In this document: positions 1 through 13,842 of the stretch, piece after piece
Position numbering within the stretch: the first letter of the stretch is position 1
Layout: every line of letters begins with the position of its first letter
DNA from: Octopus sinensis
Taxonomy: Eukaryota
Reading direction: 5' to 3'
Length of the DNA: 64,000 nucleotides
Assembly (NCBI RefSeq): GCF_006345805.1
Contig: NC_042999.1
Location: 17,608,001-17,672,000 of the forward strand
The notes under the pieces: generated by a model
Told to the model about the DNA's origin: nothing
What the model saw: only the letters and a program-made list of their open reading frames with translations
The model's database searches: none
Program-made: the position numbers and the translations under genes

Positions 1-84
1 TATTTAAAGGAATTATTATAGTTTTCCCTTACAAGTTTTCCCACGCTGACTACTTGATAAATAATTATATAGATTTTATCCTAT

Positions 85-88
<4 letters not shown>

Positions 89-138
<50 letters not shown>
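89..138. repeat. (AT)n microsatellite
   Basis: Pure AT dinucleotide run. Confidence 0.95.
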
Positions 139-141
<3 letters not shown>

Positions 142-814
142 GAATTCGTATGGTTGTGTATAGGAAAATAAAGTATTCTGTGAAATCCCAGCTTCATTTG
201 ATTTTCACTTTTTATTATTCGCAATTGATACAAGTTTATTGAAATAAAGCAGTTCTTTCAAGTGCTGATGTAGTGATAGTCGTACTCGACAACAACTTTA
301 GTGAAATATTTGGTTTTACTCCTAAAATATCATCCGATGGGATCCAGCAGGCTGAATCTTACGTACTATATTTTGACCAATTACCATGTGGCTTGGATGC
401 CACGGTTCAGTGACTACGGCAAGTTCTAACTGTATTTCGACCAATCAGTATGTGGCTTAGACGTCACGACGTGGTGAGCACGTCAAGAATTCTTTATTTG
501 ACCAACCTAAAGGAATAATTCTTTGACTATATTTTGGAATGTGGAAAACTTGGAAGCCGTCTTATATTTATGATAAATTCTCTTCAGTCTGTAACCTAAC
601 ATCTGATGAGATGGTCGTGTCTACACCCACAAAGCAGTGGATACTGGGCAGAGAAGACAGAAGGTTTTATGACATCAACAACATTTTTACGTGTGTGTAT
701 GTGTCTATATATATATATATGTATAAACACATTCATATGCGTAAGTGTATTTGTATGTATGTAGTTGTGCATGTGTGATGTGCGTGTGTGCTCGAGTGTG
801 AGCGTCTGTGAGCG

Positions 815-1071
815 AGTATGTGTGTTTGTGTCTGTGTTTGTCCGGCACCAACGCTTGACAATCGATATTGGCGCGTTTCCTTTCTCCGTTCGCTAAAGAG
901 CAGGATAGAATAGGTGACAGGCTTAATAAACAAAAGAATAAGTTTTTGGGACAATTCGTTCGATTGAAATTCATCGACGCGTTGTCCTAACATGGCCACG
1001 GTCTAATAACTACAACAAATAAAATATAAAAGACATTTATATTTGTGTGTGTGTGTGTATGTGTGTGTATC

Positions 1072-1119
<48 letters not shown>

Positions 1120-1372
1120 TGTGTTTGTGTATGTGTGCGTGTAATTGTAAATTGTAAATTGATTCTTTTGCGAAAAATACTTTCTGCCGGCACGAAAAGA
1201 ATAAGTTTTGGGGACAATTGGTTCGTTTGAAATTCTTCGAACCGTTGTCCTAACATGGTCACAGTCTAATAAATACAACAAATGAAATATTAAAAAAAAC
1301 CGTACATTTGTGTTTGTGTGTGTGTGTAATTGTAAATTGATTCTTTTGAGTATAATACTTTCTGCCTGCACG
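815..1372 (+). mobile_element. 3' half of family-B SINE with local tandem duplication and (GT)n
   Basis: Matches the 3' half of the copy at 44339-44700 (gcttgacaa..cgat, gatagaata, aagaataag). Segment ~933-1195 is repeated at ~1196-1372. Confidence 0.65.
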
Positions 1373-2046
1373 TTTGAATCATTTTTATATCAATACTGCA
1401 GAACTGAAAAACATCGATGAATAAGATTTTTCAGAGCATGTTTATGAATGAAAATATATGGGAAGGGCCAGCAAATAAAATGAATAACGTTGTTTATTAT
1501 ATTATATACCCTTTTGAAGCTGTTTTATACATCCTTTCTGTAATATTCATACATTGTCATGAATACTTGAATCTATTTATGGAAATGGTAAGAAAGTTAA
1601 TGACGTAGTAAAACCTAGTCTTCGTTGAGAATGACTGTTAAATGCATTAATTTTGATAGTGATATGTTGTTATATTATTATATGACAGTGACAGAAGTGT
1701 AATTTAACATCAATCGTATCATATTGTATCACACGAGGCTCCAATGATCAAAGGGTATATTGTTTCTTTCTATCAGTACCGCGATAATATTTACTGTATT
1801 ATATTTAAACATATTAATGAAATGAGCTTGCATATTTAAAATATTTCTTTGCACTCGAGTCGTCGTTCTCATCTTCGTTTTCAAGAGTGGTGTATGAAAT
1901 GTTGTGGCTTCTTTTAAAGGGCATCGTCATAATATATTTACAGTTATGAAAATATACAAATTTAGTTGATTTATAGAACTGTAATATGAACTTAAGTAAC
2001 AGCAACTCTCTGAAATTTCTTGAATTATTTCAATGCGAAAATTATT

Positions 2047-2440
2047 TTCTTTACTACCCACAAGGGGCTAAACACAGAGAAGACAAACTGGGACAGACAG
2101 ACCGATTAAATAAGAAACTGGTACTTATTTAATCGACCCCGAAAGGATGAAAGGCAAATTCGACCTCGGCGGAATTTGAACTCAGAACGTAGCGGCAGAC
2201 GAAATACCTATTTCTTTATTACCCACAAGGGGCTAAACATAGAGGGGACAAACACGGGCAGACATAGGTATTAAGTCGATTACATCGACTCCAGTGCGTA
2301 ACTGGTACTTAATTTATCCACTTCGAAAGGATGAACGGCAAAGTCGATCTCGGCGGAATTTGAACTCAGTACGTAACGGCAGGCGAAATACGCTTAGCAT
2401 TTCGCCCGGCGTGCTAATGTTTCTGCCGGCTCGCCGCCTT
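2047..2440 (-). mobile_element. Family-A tRNA-derived SINE, dimeric form
   Basis: Reverse complement of ggcgagctggcagaaacgttagcacg...gagttcaaattccgccgaggtcgactttgcctttcatcctttcggggtcgat. Degenerate TSD tcaatgc(g/c)aaaat(t/g)att at 2030-2046 and 2445-2461. Confidence 0.9.
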
Positions 2441-3621
2441 CATGTCAATGCCAAAATGATTACATTTTATAAGATTTGCGGATTATTTATCTCAAACAAA
2501 CTTCTTTTCACTCAATGTATTTCATCATTATGTAACAAATAACGGACTATAGTTACAAAAACAATCTAGTTTTCGTCATTCAAATTTCCTCACGTATATG
2601 AGCTGCAGTCACTATTCTAATATTAGACTGATTTTATCAACTATACAAAAACGTGAATAATCTAATTTTCTATCGGACTAGACATTGGATGCTATTTCTA
2701 CAAATAATGTTCAAAATTGTTGTTTTATTTGGGGTAGGATTACATCATTATACATTGTTGGACGAATAAGTGGGTATTTATAATGCCCATATTTTTATCA
2801 AGAGTATCAGATACATACGATAAATAGCTTGGAATAGTAATTGAAACATGTACTTATAGCAATGAGCCATTACTTCCCGTTCTACAGTGTAAGCTAGTTA
2901 TGTAAAATTATATTAATAGACTCGTGATGTTATGCTGAACAAAATATCTATTTACAATTTCTTATATTTTTGTCGTCCATCTAATGATAATATTCCTGTT
3001 TATGGTTATCAATAATAAACTCTCTACAATCAATGTTTGTTTTGTAAATCAGGGATATTTTCAGTGGTGAGTTTTAAAGTGACGTCGGCGTTACTGAGAA
3101 GGAAACAAACAATGACTACATGGTACAAGAAGAGGGGCGTGAAGTCTGGGCACAGTAATGGAAATTTTTTGATCCCACTATATACGTACATGCATACACA
3201 CATATGCTCTCTCTCTCACACACACACAGCAACGAACAGGCACTTATACATATACTAAAGTATATTGTGCGTAGGTATATGTATATACATATATATACAT
3301 ACAAAAGACAGCCAGTCAGCCACTGTTGAAACAATCCTGTCACAACCTGGGACCTTGAAGATTGCTTTAATGCAAGAAAGTATACTAGTCCCTTAACATT
3401 TAATATTTGATATTCAATATTTCATCTATTCAATAAGACAATCAATACTTCATTTCATTTTACTCTCTATATATTATTTATACTATATATTCTATATTCT
3501 ACATTAATATTATAAAGAATATAAATAAAACATAAAAACAAAGAAATTTGGAATTTTTAAAAATAATATATATATACATATATGTATGTGTGCGGGTATA
3601 TATTATATGCATTTTTTAAAA

Positions 3622-3928
3622 CTTATTCTATCTGTTTCTTTTCGCCGAACCGCTAAGTTACGAGGACGTAAACACATTCATCGGTTGTCAAGCGATGTTG
3701 GGGAGGACAAACACAGACACAAACATGTACACACACATACGTATATATATATATATATACATGTTTATGGCGGGCTTCTTTCAGTTTCCGTCTACCAAAT
3801 CCACTCACAAGGCTTTGATCGGCCCGATGTTATAGTAGAAGATACTTGCCGAAGGTGCCACGCTGTAGGACTCAACCCGGAACCGTGAGGTTGGTAAGTA
3901 AGTTACTTACCACACGCCACTCCTGCGC
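3622..3928 (-). mobile_element. Family-B tRNA-derived SINE (3'-truncated)
   Basis: Minus-strand head gcgcaggagtggcgtgtggtaag...ttccgggttgagtcc with A/B-box-like motifs and internal (CA)/(TA) microsatellite; homologous to 14197, 44339 and 50045 copies. Confidence 0.88.
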
Positions 3929-5302
3929 ATGTGTATAATACATGTATACACGCGCACGTAAACACATACCTACAACACAGACAGATGCACGCACACACAC
4001 ACAGACACCCGCAGATATGCACCAAGATAGCTACTGAGTTATCTGGATTGAAATTTAATCACAATATAATGGAAAATACATTGATAACATGTCTCTATAC
4101 AGCATTGTAAATATACTTCTTATTGAATGCGAGGGTTGTATGTAGGATGTAGTTAGATACTACTTTCTCATAGTTTGCTCTCTCTCCTTCGCTTATGCTC
4201 TCCAGCACGATAACCGATTGTGTCAATAAATAGGAGCATTGACCTGAGAGACTGAAACCGAATGTTCTATTCACATTCACTGACTGCACGAGGAATACGA
4301 GAGTATAAAATTAAACACTGCATTATTACAAGTTGCTTCTCTTTAATTATGTACACTATATGGTCCCCAATGAATAAAACATGTTCTCTTTCTTGGTTCA
4401 GTATCCTAATTCGACTCTATGATTCCATTAACCTTTAGCTCACAAGCCTTCGGCATAATTTCAATAGCGTTAGTTCAACCTAAATGACCTTATATTATTT
4501 ACTCATTAAACTACGTGAACTGCACTTAATAAATATTTCATAATACTTTATCGTTTCACCAGAATTAAGCTAATAAACAGAATTAAGCCAATAAATGCAG
4601 TTCAAGTACTTACACATGCGGGATGAACATTTTGCTCTCCCTCAGAAGATAACGCATTCATTTCATGTATTTTGTTTCAAGATTGCATTTTATATCGGTG
4701 CGTTTGTGTGTTGGTTGAGAAGTTCAGAAACTGGAAGTGATGCATTATGTTTGTTAACTAAAGTTATTTCTTTAGCTTGAGACTTTGGGATTACTATATA
4801 AGTGGATCTTTCTGGCAATGGATGTTTATATCAGGGAGATAACCATTCACTAACGACGCGTAACTAGATTAGAAATTACAACTTAAAATTCAGGAACAAA
4901 AGTATGAAGATTCAGAGCAATTTTATCTGCCAGAACGTTCTTAAACTAGTTGTTATCAGTCGCATATAAGTGAACTTCATTCTTTTCAAAATTCATCCGT
5001 ATGTATCTCATTAATTAGATACATTACAGAGAGAGAGACTTCATTAAGATTAGAGATAAAATGAATGGCAATCCGAGGGAAATTCATGAAATGTATTTTT
5101 TCTGCATCATAAAACGTTGGTAATTTAGCATTCGAGAGAAGGAGGGTATGTTGCTGGTGTTTACGAGCAGAGTAATAGCCATTTTCAAGGGAATTCTGTC
5201 TCTATGAAAATGTTTAAAAGTAGCTAACTCTTTTGAAATAAGGTGAAATGATATTGCATTTATGTGTTTTCATTATATTGTTCCAGGAAGAATATAATAT
5301 AA

Positions 5303-5316
5303 TACACACACACACA

Positions 5317-5402
<86 letters not shown>

Positions 5403-5413
5403 AGATAGATAGG

Positions 5414-5495
<82 letters not shown>

Positions 5496-5500
5496 TAGAT
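5303..5500. repeat. Compound (CA)n-(TA)n-(GATA)n microsatellite
   Basis: Direct reading. Confidence 0.95.
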
Positions 5501-5624
5501 AAAACTTACTCGGAAGAGGATGCATTTCGTTCGATCATATAAGAATGTAAATAATATATAAATATATGCATATATACATTCATATATGTAGATATCTACA
5601 TATATATGTATATATCCATGCATA

Positions 5625-6230
5625 TATGGGTACAGGACATCAAAAAACGTTGAAAACAATGAGAAACGAAAACATGAAAAACAAAAACATCTAACTCACT
5701 TTTTATTCGAACAACGAAATAAACAAACAGAGAAAAAAGACGTGCGACATAAAGAATATTCCTCTTCATCAGTTGTTCTCTGTTTCATCTGCTCCGTGTT
5801 CGAAGGCAAGGACAAAACGCGACTTCATTGCAACAGTCCTTCCCGTAAAGCAAATTAAATAATATTGAGGATTTTTCTGCGGAGGGTGAAAGTGGTAGCA
5901 AGAAGAGGACAGTGAGAACAAAACAGTAAAAACAAACGGTAAGGGCCCTTCCTTTCTGGTTTTCTCTCCCACCCTTCCGTATTCTTCTCTTCTCCTCTTC
6001 CCCGTTCCCTCTCTCTCACTCCTCCTCCTCGAATATCTCGTCGCTGACATGTGACGAAAGGGAATCTATCTTTCGTCCCATTACCTTCCTAAAACGACAC
6101 GTGCTTATACATGTCTCCGTTCATAAACTCGTCTTCCTAGCGTTCCAAACTTTTCTTTCGTCTTGGCTTAACAGCCCTCACTGCTTATAATCGCTTATAG
6201 CTCAATGTTTGATTTTCCCACTACCATTTA
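5625..6230 (-). mobile_element. Probable Penelope-related non-autonomous repeat
   Basis: Non-simple block between microsatellites with CTGATGA on the minus strand (5766-5772). No complete hammerhead could be folded; call is by analogy to other blocks here. Confidence 0.3.
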
Positions 6231-7294
6231 TGAATAGGATAGATATATAGATAGATAGACAGTTAGATATATACACATAGATAGAGAGACAGGTATATAC
6301 GCATGTATATATTTATATATATATAGATATAATATATATTTATATATATATATGCATATATATATGTATATATATGTATATATATATATACATGTTTATC
6401 TATAGCAATATCTAACACCTCTCTCCCTCTGACTCCCTCTCTCTCTATATATATATATATATTTATATAAACACACATATATATATATGCATGCACATAC
6501 ATACACAGGCGTGCGAATACACACACACATATGTATATATACGATACGCACACTCAAAAGTACATATGTGAATGTATATTCCTCGCTACACAAACAGAAA
6601 CAGCACTTTGAATTAAATAAAAGCCGTACAGAAACCAGAGTGTGCTGTGTTCAGTATGACCTAATTTAAAGCGTTAATTTGAATAGTGATGTCCTCCATC
6701 CATTTTTGAAACCCCCACCCCATGAAATGTACAATGACAGGTACACACTTGCATGAAATGAGCTATATAAAGGTGTAATCAAATAGCTTGATCAGTTCCT
6801 CAATTATTCTCTGTATTGAAAATAACAACCATTAACGTAAGTGCAACATGAATATGGAACATTTCCATTTAAATGGTTTCTGATGCTTTTAAAAGGATAA
6901 ATTACTTAAGTGGGGTGTTAAACTATAATTACATATTTCTAACATAATTTCTTACATTTCTGTATATTGTAAAGCTAAAGAACTTTATGCACCCAATAAC
7001 TTACGTGACCTGATGGGAATATGATGAAAAATGTATTTTTGACCTTTATGCACTGGTCGTAGTCAGCCAAGTAAATGCTGTAAGATAAATAGATTTTTCT
7101 AGCTACTGCGGTTTTGTTTGAATTGAGCTAGATAGAATGCACCGATTGAAGCATAAACCTGCATACATATGCCATTTTATACACGTACCATATAGTTGAA
7201 CACCCACGCATAGAAACATACAGACATACATAGACACAAACAGACACACACACACACAGAGGCGCGCACACACATACACTATTTATATGAACAT

Positions 7295-7519
7295 AAGGTG
7301 GCGAGCAGGCAGAAACGTTAGCACGCTTGGCGAAATGCTTAGCGATGTTGCAGTATTTAGTCTGTCTTCAAGTTCTGAGTTCAAATTCCGCCGCGCTCGA
7401 CTTTGCGTTTCATCCTTTCGGGGTCGATAAATTAAATACCAGTTGCGTACTGGGTCGATCTAATCGATTTCACCCCCCACTCCAAATAATTCGAGCCTTG
7501 TGCCTAAAGTAGAAAATAA
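7295..7519 (+). mobile_element. Family-A SINE with alternative short 3' tail
   Basis: Family-A head and core; tail gatctaatcga..gccttgtgcctaaagtagaaaa. Degenerate TSD tatttat(a/g)tgaa(c/a)ata at 7280-7295 and 7520-7535. Confidence 0.88.
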
Positions 7520-7606
7520 TATTTATGTGAAAATATCTCCAGAACTTCGTTCATAAATACAATCACTATTCATCCACCCACTTTTCATATAATATATATA
7601 ATATAT

Positions 7607-7637
<31 letters not shown>

Positions 7638-7639
7638 TG

Positions 7640-7857
7640 AGAAAGTGTGTCATTCAATATGTGACCGCGTGTGTATCGTTGGAGATTTTCTTCTCCGTTT
7701 TCCCTTCCTTGGACTTTTCTATTTTCTATGTTTCTGACGAAGAGCTCCCCTCGAAACGTTAAATCATCCTTCTTTCTTTCGTTTCCTGAGCGTCCAATAA
7801 CACTATACTTGTTCTACGTCCTCGCGTTGTTGTGTTTTCATGTTTTGATTAACTTTA
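7640..7857 (+). mobile_element. Penelope-like terminal-repeat fragment in (TA)n
   Basis: Flanked by (TA)n on both sides; contains hammerhead motif 7730-7764; shares ttcctgagcg motif with the 26856-27055 block. Confidence 0.6.
7730..7764 (+). ncRNA. Minimal type I hammerhead ribozyme motif
   Basis: gttt-CTGACGA-a-gag(ctccc)ctc-GAAAC-GTT-aaat: helix I gttt/aaat, helix II gag/ctc, palindromic AACGTT at helix III. Confidence 0.6.
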
Positions 7858-8269
7858 TATATACATCATACATCTATCTATATATATATATATATATTAT
7901 ATATATATAGAGAGAGAGAGAGAGAGGAGAGAGAGAGAAAGAGTGAGAGAGAGATACACATAGATATAGATATAGTGTGGCTTGTTTGCAATTTTTCAAC
8001 CGAAAGGCAAATATATATACATCAAATAAGCGACTGAGGGCGTTATACATCATCAGTATTGCTAGAAATAAGAGCCAAAACAATTCTTAGCCACAATAAT
8101 GCACCGACATACTTACTGACAAGAGATTCGAGCTGTCTAAACACCGGTCAGTGTACCATTAGACATGATGCCCCAGAGTTTTCAAAGCAAAAGCCCTAAG
8201 ATCGATTCACGATGATTATATTTGAATAGTCAGCGCATATATATACATATATATATAGACATAAGTCTG

Positions 8270-8612
8270 GCAGGGGTAATCAGAAGTTTGTGTTGCAACC
8301 CAGTGGGTTCTGGTTTGGTGCTTGGGTATGTGTCTCTGCGCAAAAATGGCCTTTACTATCGTCACTGAGTGAGCAAAAACTGAGAAGGGATTTAGGAGAG
8401 AGAAACTGAAAGACACCCGTAATGTAAACATGTGCGTGTGTGTTTATGCGTGTGTTTGTGCGTATGAATGTGTGTGTGTATATGTGCCAGAAAAAGGTCC
8501 AACGGAATAAGTAGGAAGCTTAAAAGAAAGATTACTGGGGTCGATTCGTTTGAATCAAATTCTTCAAGGCGGTGCCCCAGGGTGGCTTCATTCTAATGAC
8601 TGAAACAAAAGG
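8270..8612 (+). mobile_element. Old, degenerate family-B SINE
   Basis: Residual gaaactgaaaga, internal (GT)n, gaataagta, ggggtcgatt, aaggcggtgccccag, aatgactgaaacaa. Confidence 0.6.
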
Positions 8613-8672
8613 TAACATGTGAATAATAATCAATGCACTCTCACTCAATTAAGCAAGAACAGATTCAAGTAG

Positions 8673-8780
8673 ACACTCACTCACTCAATCAATCAATCAC
8701 TCATTCACTTACGCAATCACTCATTCACTCATTCACTCATTCAATCACTCACTCATTCACTCACTCAATCAATCACTCAC
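8673..8780. repeat. (TCAC/TCAA/TCAT)n tetranucleotide repeat
   Basis: Direct reading. Confidence 0.85.
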
Positions 8781-8819
8781 AAAAGACCTCACTCATACAA
8801 TCTTATATTTTAAATTGTT

Positions 8820-9180
8820 CTTTTATTGGTTTCAGTCATTTGACGGCTGCCATACTGGAGCACTGCCTTTAGCTGAACAAATCGAACCCAAGACTTATTC
8901 TTTGTAAGCCTGGTACTTATTCCATCGGTCTCTAATGCCGAACCGCTAGGTTACGGGGACGTCATGCGATGGTGCGGGGGACAAACACCAACACCTACCT
9001 CACACACACGCACGCACATATATTTATGACGGGCTTCTTTCAGTTTCCATCTACCAAATCCACTCACAAGACTTTAGTCGGCCCGAAGCTAAAGAAGACG
9101 ACACTTGTACAAGATGCCATGCAGTGGGATTGAACCCGCAACCAAATGGTTGGTAAGAAAGCTACACAGCCACTCCTGCT
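8820..9180 (-). mobile_element. Family-B SINE
   Basis: Collinear with the 14197-14615 and 50045-50502 copies. Confidence 0.9.
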
Positions 9181-9492
9181 CTGTGTATTGAAATTACTCT
9201 GTAAACAAGACAATTGAATCGTTAACCGACGATATCTTTCCATGCCAAATATTCAAATAAACGACTCGTTGAAAATCGGTGTTACGTTTCAAGAATCTCC
9301 ATCTTTTTTTATAAATACGCAAAACCACTTCATATTTAGACGGACTTTTTCTCTGTAAACACAGGTGTGCTAAAAAACTATACACGTATACGCATACATC
9401 TACAAACTCAGACTATCATAAAAAACACATGGATTCTATCCATATACACACATTAAACACAAGAATATATTCACTCATTTCCATACGCACAT

Positions 9493-9746
9493 TATGTATG
9501 TATGTATGTATGGATGTATGTATGTATCTATCTATATATCTATCTATCTATCTATCTATCTATCTTCCTGCCTGTCTCTCTCTGTCTATCTGTCTGACTG
9601 TCTGTGTATCTCTACACTATATAATATATACATACAAGTTATCTCTCTTTCACACTCTCTGTATATTCTTATATATATATTTGTATATATATATATATAT
9701 ATGTATATATATGTATGTGTATGTATGTATGTATATACATGTATGA

Positions 9747-9777
<31 letters not shown>

Positions 9778-9929
9778 GTGTGTGTGTATGTATATATGTA
9801 TATATATACACATATTTATATATATATGTATATAAATATATACTCATATGTAAGTGCGAATACTTCTATATATATATACATTTATATACATATATATATG
9901 TAGGCATATCTCTCCCTGCCTATCTCTCT

Positions 9930-9965
<36 letters not shown>

Positions 9966-10050
9966 GTATTTGTGCGTGTGTGAGTGTACGTGTGTGTGTG
10001 TGTGCATGTATATGTGCATGTGTGTATCAGCATATCTGTGTATATGCACA
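9493..10050. repeat. Compound (TATG)/(TATC)/(TA)/(TG) low-complexity tract
   Basis: Direct reading; source of spurious YI/CV ORFs. Confidence 0.9.
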
Positions 10051-11564
10051 TTTTTGAGATGCATCGATAAAAAGATTTATTTTGCAACGCCTCACATAAC
10101 GATACTTTGTTCCAATCTTCTCCCATCAAGCCAGTTCAAGCGTAAACCACTTAAGGACCTTTTAAGAAACATGAAAGATTTTAACAGACAGGCAACTTGC
10201 CAGTAACTAAAAGCACTTGGCTTCGAATACGATCTCAACGAGAGATATCTCTATTTTAAGTTCTTAAGTATATGCAATTTCCTCATACGGAATTCTTTCG
10301 TCAATTATATTGAACAATATTTTGCAATTTGTACTGCCCAGCATTAAAAGTGAATGCGATATAAAATTAAAAAATAAAATAACCAAACGCAACAAAAATT
10401 CAAGAATGAACAATGAAATAAAGGGGCATATTTGTTTTCATCGTCTAACAGCCGATCGTTCAATTATGATGAGTGATTTCGACGTGTCCTATTATGTCAA
10501 TATTACTTTTGAATCGCAATTTATTACCTTGTCAGTTATTTAAAAACTTGTTGATATATTTATAAGTGAGTATAAGTGTGTGTATGAATGTGCATAATTG
10601 AGCGTGTGTGTGTGTGTGTGGTGTGTGTGTGTGTGTGTGTGTTTCACTTTCAAAACCTTGATAAGTTATTAGACAGCAAACGCCTAAGTCACGCATTTCA
10701 ATCAAAATACGTGCAAATTGATGTTGAAGTGTATTAAATAATTTCTCTTTAAAACCAATTACAGAAGTAACTAAACACCTACGGATTCCCTCTAAATCTT
10801 AAAAATATAATCAAGCTAAATTCTAATATTTTTACTATGCGGTACACAAAATATGTTCATGTAGCCCTTTACAAGTTGATAATTATTTACTTGCTTAAAT
10901 ATGTAGGGCTAATAAAGTAAGAATAGAATGAGAAAACACCTATTTATTAAATCACATTAACTCTCTTATTGTACACAAATGCCTTATTCATATAGATTAT
11001 TCCATGCAGTATTATTTTAGCATTTGCTAAGTAATATATCTTCTAAGTTTCGCACAATTATATTTAAGTAAGAGTAAATGCAACGCAAGATATAAAAATA
11101 TATGTCTTGAACAAGAAGAAATGGAGATAAATGTTCATGGCTTAGAATTCATTCCTAAGAACGTGTGAAGATATTAGAAGGCTCCAGGTGTGAATGCGGA
11201 TAAAGACTTGCTTAAGCGTCAACTAACACTATCATGAAGTTATTTCAACTCACTTCTTATTCCGTGCTATTAAAATATCTTGGAGAAAGAAACTTTACAT
11301 AATGTTCCATGTGATTCAACTATAATGGTTGTAAAAGGTTAGTACTTTACAGAGAGATCAAGAAACACGTAACAAGTCCATATACGATTTTGTATGACCC
11401 CACAGCAAGGACAAGGATCGACAAATCTCACAGTTATAATTCCTTTGGATACTAAACTAAACCATGCACCATATTCGATAAAGTCGTCGTCGTCGTCGTC
11501 GTCGTCATCACCATCAAAATCATCATCATCATCAACAACACTACCATCACTACAATATTCTCTC

Positions 11565-12147
11565 CTATTTCTTTACTACCCTCAAGGGGCTAAACACAGA
11601 GATGACATACAAGGAGAGACAAGCGGATTATGTCGATTATATCGACCCCAGTGCGCAACTGGTACTTATTTAATCAACCCCGAAAAGATGAAAGGAAATG
11701 TCGGCCTCAGTGGAATTTGAACTCAGAACGTAAAGACAGACGAAATACCTATTTGTTACTACCCACGAGGGGCTAAACATAAAATGGACAAACAAGGACA
11801 GACAAACGGATTAAGTCGATTATATCGACCCCAGTGCGCAACTGGTACTTATTTAATCGACCCCGAAAGGATGAAAGACAAAGTCGGCCTCAGCGGAATT
11901 TGAACTCAGAACGTAGCGGAAGATAAATACCTATTTCTTTACTACCCACAAGGGAACAAACAAGGACAGGCAAACGGATTAACTCGATTATATCGACCCC
12001 AGTGCGCAACTGGTACTTATTTAATCGACCCCGAAAGGTTGAAAGGCAAGTCGACCTCGGCGGAATTTGAACTCAGAACGTAACGGCAGACGAAATACTG
12101 CTAAGTATTTCGCCCGGAGTGCTAACGTTTCTGCCAGCTCGCTGCCT
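11565..12147 (-). mobile_element. Family-A SINE, trimeric form
   Basis: One head-bearing unit plus two headless ~185-bp units. Perfect 13-bp TSD tacaatattctct at 11551-11563 and 12148-12160. Confidence 0.92.
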
Positions 12148-12662
12148 TACAATATTCTCTACTACTACATTGTGTTATAGTGTCAATGATATGACCATGA
12201 TCTGTCGTCTTTACGTGTGTGATTCTTGTATTTAGCACAGTATCAACACAACTAACACTATAATTGTTATTTCACTGATAATAACAGCCGATCGGCTATT
12301 TGTCTGTTACTAATGTAATGCATGCTGTTCAACTCTATTAAATCTTACTTTGATGAACAGACTTCACCCACGTCCGTCAAAATTTATCGTGACTTACTAC
12401 TGAGACACCAAGCTATATTGATTTCAAACAGTGATATTTTTTGTTCAACTGATCAACAATTCAAAATCAATAATAACGACGGGAACCCCATCAACAGATA
12501 TTTATCATTTACACTACAATTCTCTGAAAATGACGTTGAAGAATTTCACGTTATTTCTCAAATGCGCTGATGCTCAAAAATAATACATAGCATTACTACT
12601 TCATATATATTTTAATTTCGCTAGCAATCACTTAATACGTGTAATTCTATTCATGACTAATT

Positions 12663-13065
12663 CTTATTTCTGTATTGCCCACAAGGGGCAAAGGAGGACA
12701 GACAACGGGGTAAGTCGATTATATCGACCCCAGTGCGGAACTGGTACTTAATTTATCGACCCCGAAAGGATGAAAGGCAAAGTCGACCTCGGCGGAATTT
12801 GAACTCAGAATGTAACGACAGACAAAATACCTATTTCTTTACTACCAACAAGGGGCTTAACACAGAGGGGACAAATAAGGACAGACAAACGGATTAAGTT
12901 GATTATATCGACCCCAGTGCGTAACTGGTACTTATTTAATCGACCCCGAAAGGATGAAAGGCAAAGTCGACCTCGGTGGAATTTGAACTCAGAACGTAAC
13001 GGCAGACGAAATACGGCTACGTATTTCGCCCGGCGTGCTAAAGATTCTGCCAGCTTGCTGCCTTC
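12663..13065 (-). mobile_element. Family-A SINE, dimeric form
   Basis: Two units. 12-bp TSD tcatgactaatt at 12651-12662 and 13068-13079. Confidence 0.92.
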
Positions 13066-13086
13066 ACTCATGACTAATTATATAAA

Positions 13087-13270
13087 AGGTGTGAGCTGTC
13101 AATGACATTAGCACATCGGAAAAAATGCTTAGCAACATCTCTTCCGGATTTACCTTCTGATTTCTTATTCTGCTGAGGTCGACTTAGACTTTCATTCTTT
13201 CGGAGTCGATAAAATATATGCCAGTCGAAAATCAGGATTGATTGCATTGACGTGCCCCATCCTCAAAAGA
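13087..13270 (+). mobile_element. Old degenerate family-A SINE
   Basis: Residual gagctg..ttagcac..aaatgcttagc..gaggtcgactt..tttcattctttcggagtcgataaaat. Confidence 0.7.
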
Positions 13271-13294
13271 TGCTTACTCCGTTGTTGATGCTGT

Positions 13295-13373
13295 CTTCTT
13301 CTTCTTCTTCTTCTTCTTCTTCTTCTTCTCCTTCTTCTTCTTCTTCTTCTTCTTCTTCTCCTCCTTCTTCTTC
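13295..13373. repeat. (CTT)n microsatellite
   Basis: Direct reading. Confidence 0.95.
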
Positions 13374-13649
13374 CAATCAGGACTCACGCCATTAGCCACA
13401 AAGAATAATCTCTAATTCGAGCCAACTCAAAGCTACTAAGAATGCGTGTGGCAACTTGAAGATCCACCCACCACACGCGATAGACTGGCGGTTGCACGGG
13501 CACGAAAGCTACGTTGTTATCCTCATTCCGTAAACGGTGGCTTTTAACGGGTGGAGAGCTAAAACATCCTTGGGTACAGAGGATTCTCAATCTAAACTAG
13601 CGTCTGAAATTTTTACCACACCATAGTGGATTACATCACGGTTCCTCTG

Positions 13650-13842
13650 CTTTGTGGCAGAAGTATGAAGAAAGAGTGAGAGAAAGTTGTGGTGAAAATG
13701 AACAGCGGGGTTCACCCGCCCCGCGCCAGTGTCTCGTGGAGCGTAGGTGTTTTTGCTCAATAAACACTCACAATATCCGTTCTAGGAATCGAAACCCGTT
13801 CTTACGACCGCGAGTCCGCTGCCCTAACCTGTAGGCCATTGT
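13650..13842 (-). mobile_element. Family-D tRNA-derived SINE, 5' part
   Basis: Reverse complement of caatggcc..ggttagggcagcggactcgcggtcg..gtttcgattcc; matches the 32322 copy. Confidence 0.8.

Noticed and set aside
3053-3066. 14-nt microexon candidate (cag|...|gtgagt)
   Set aside because: Splice-like signals alone are common; not frame-preserving; no other support.
5700-5815. Possible permuted (type II) hammerhead on the minus strand
   Set aside because: CTGATGA is present but the GAAAC position reads GAACAC and helices I/III could not be paired.
11565-12147. Regularly repeated units as a possible CRISPR-like array
   Set aside because: Units are contiguous ~185-bp SINE modules without unique spacers, in eukaryotic DNA.
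12322-12570. 82-aa ORF with ordinary composition
   Set aside because: No recognisable domain or splice context; length is compatible with chance.
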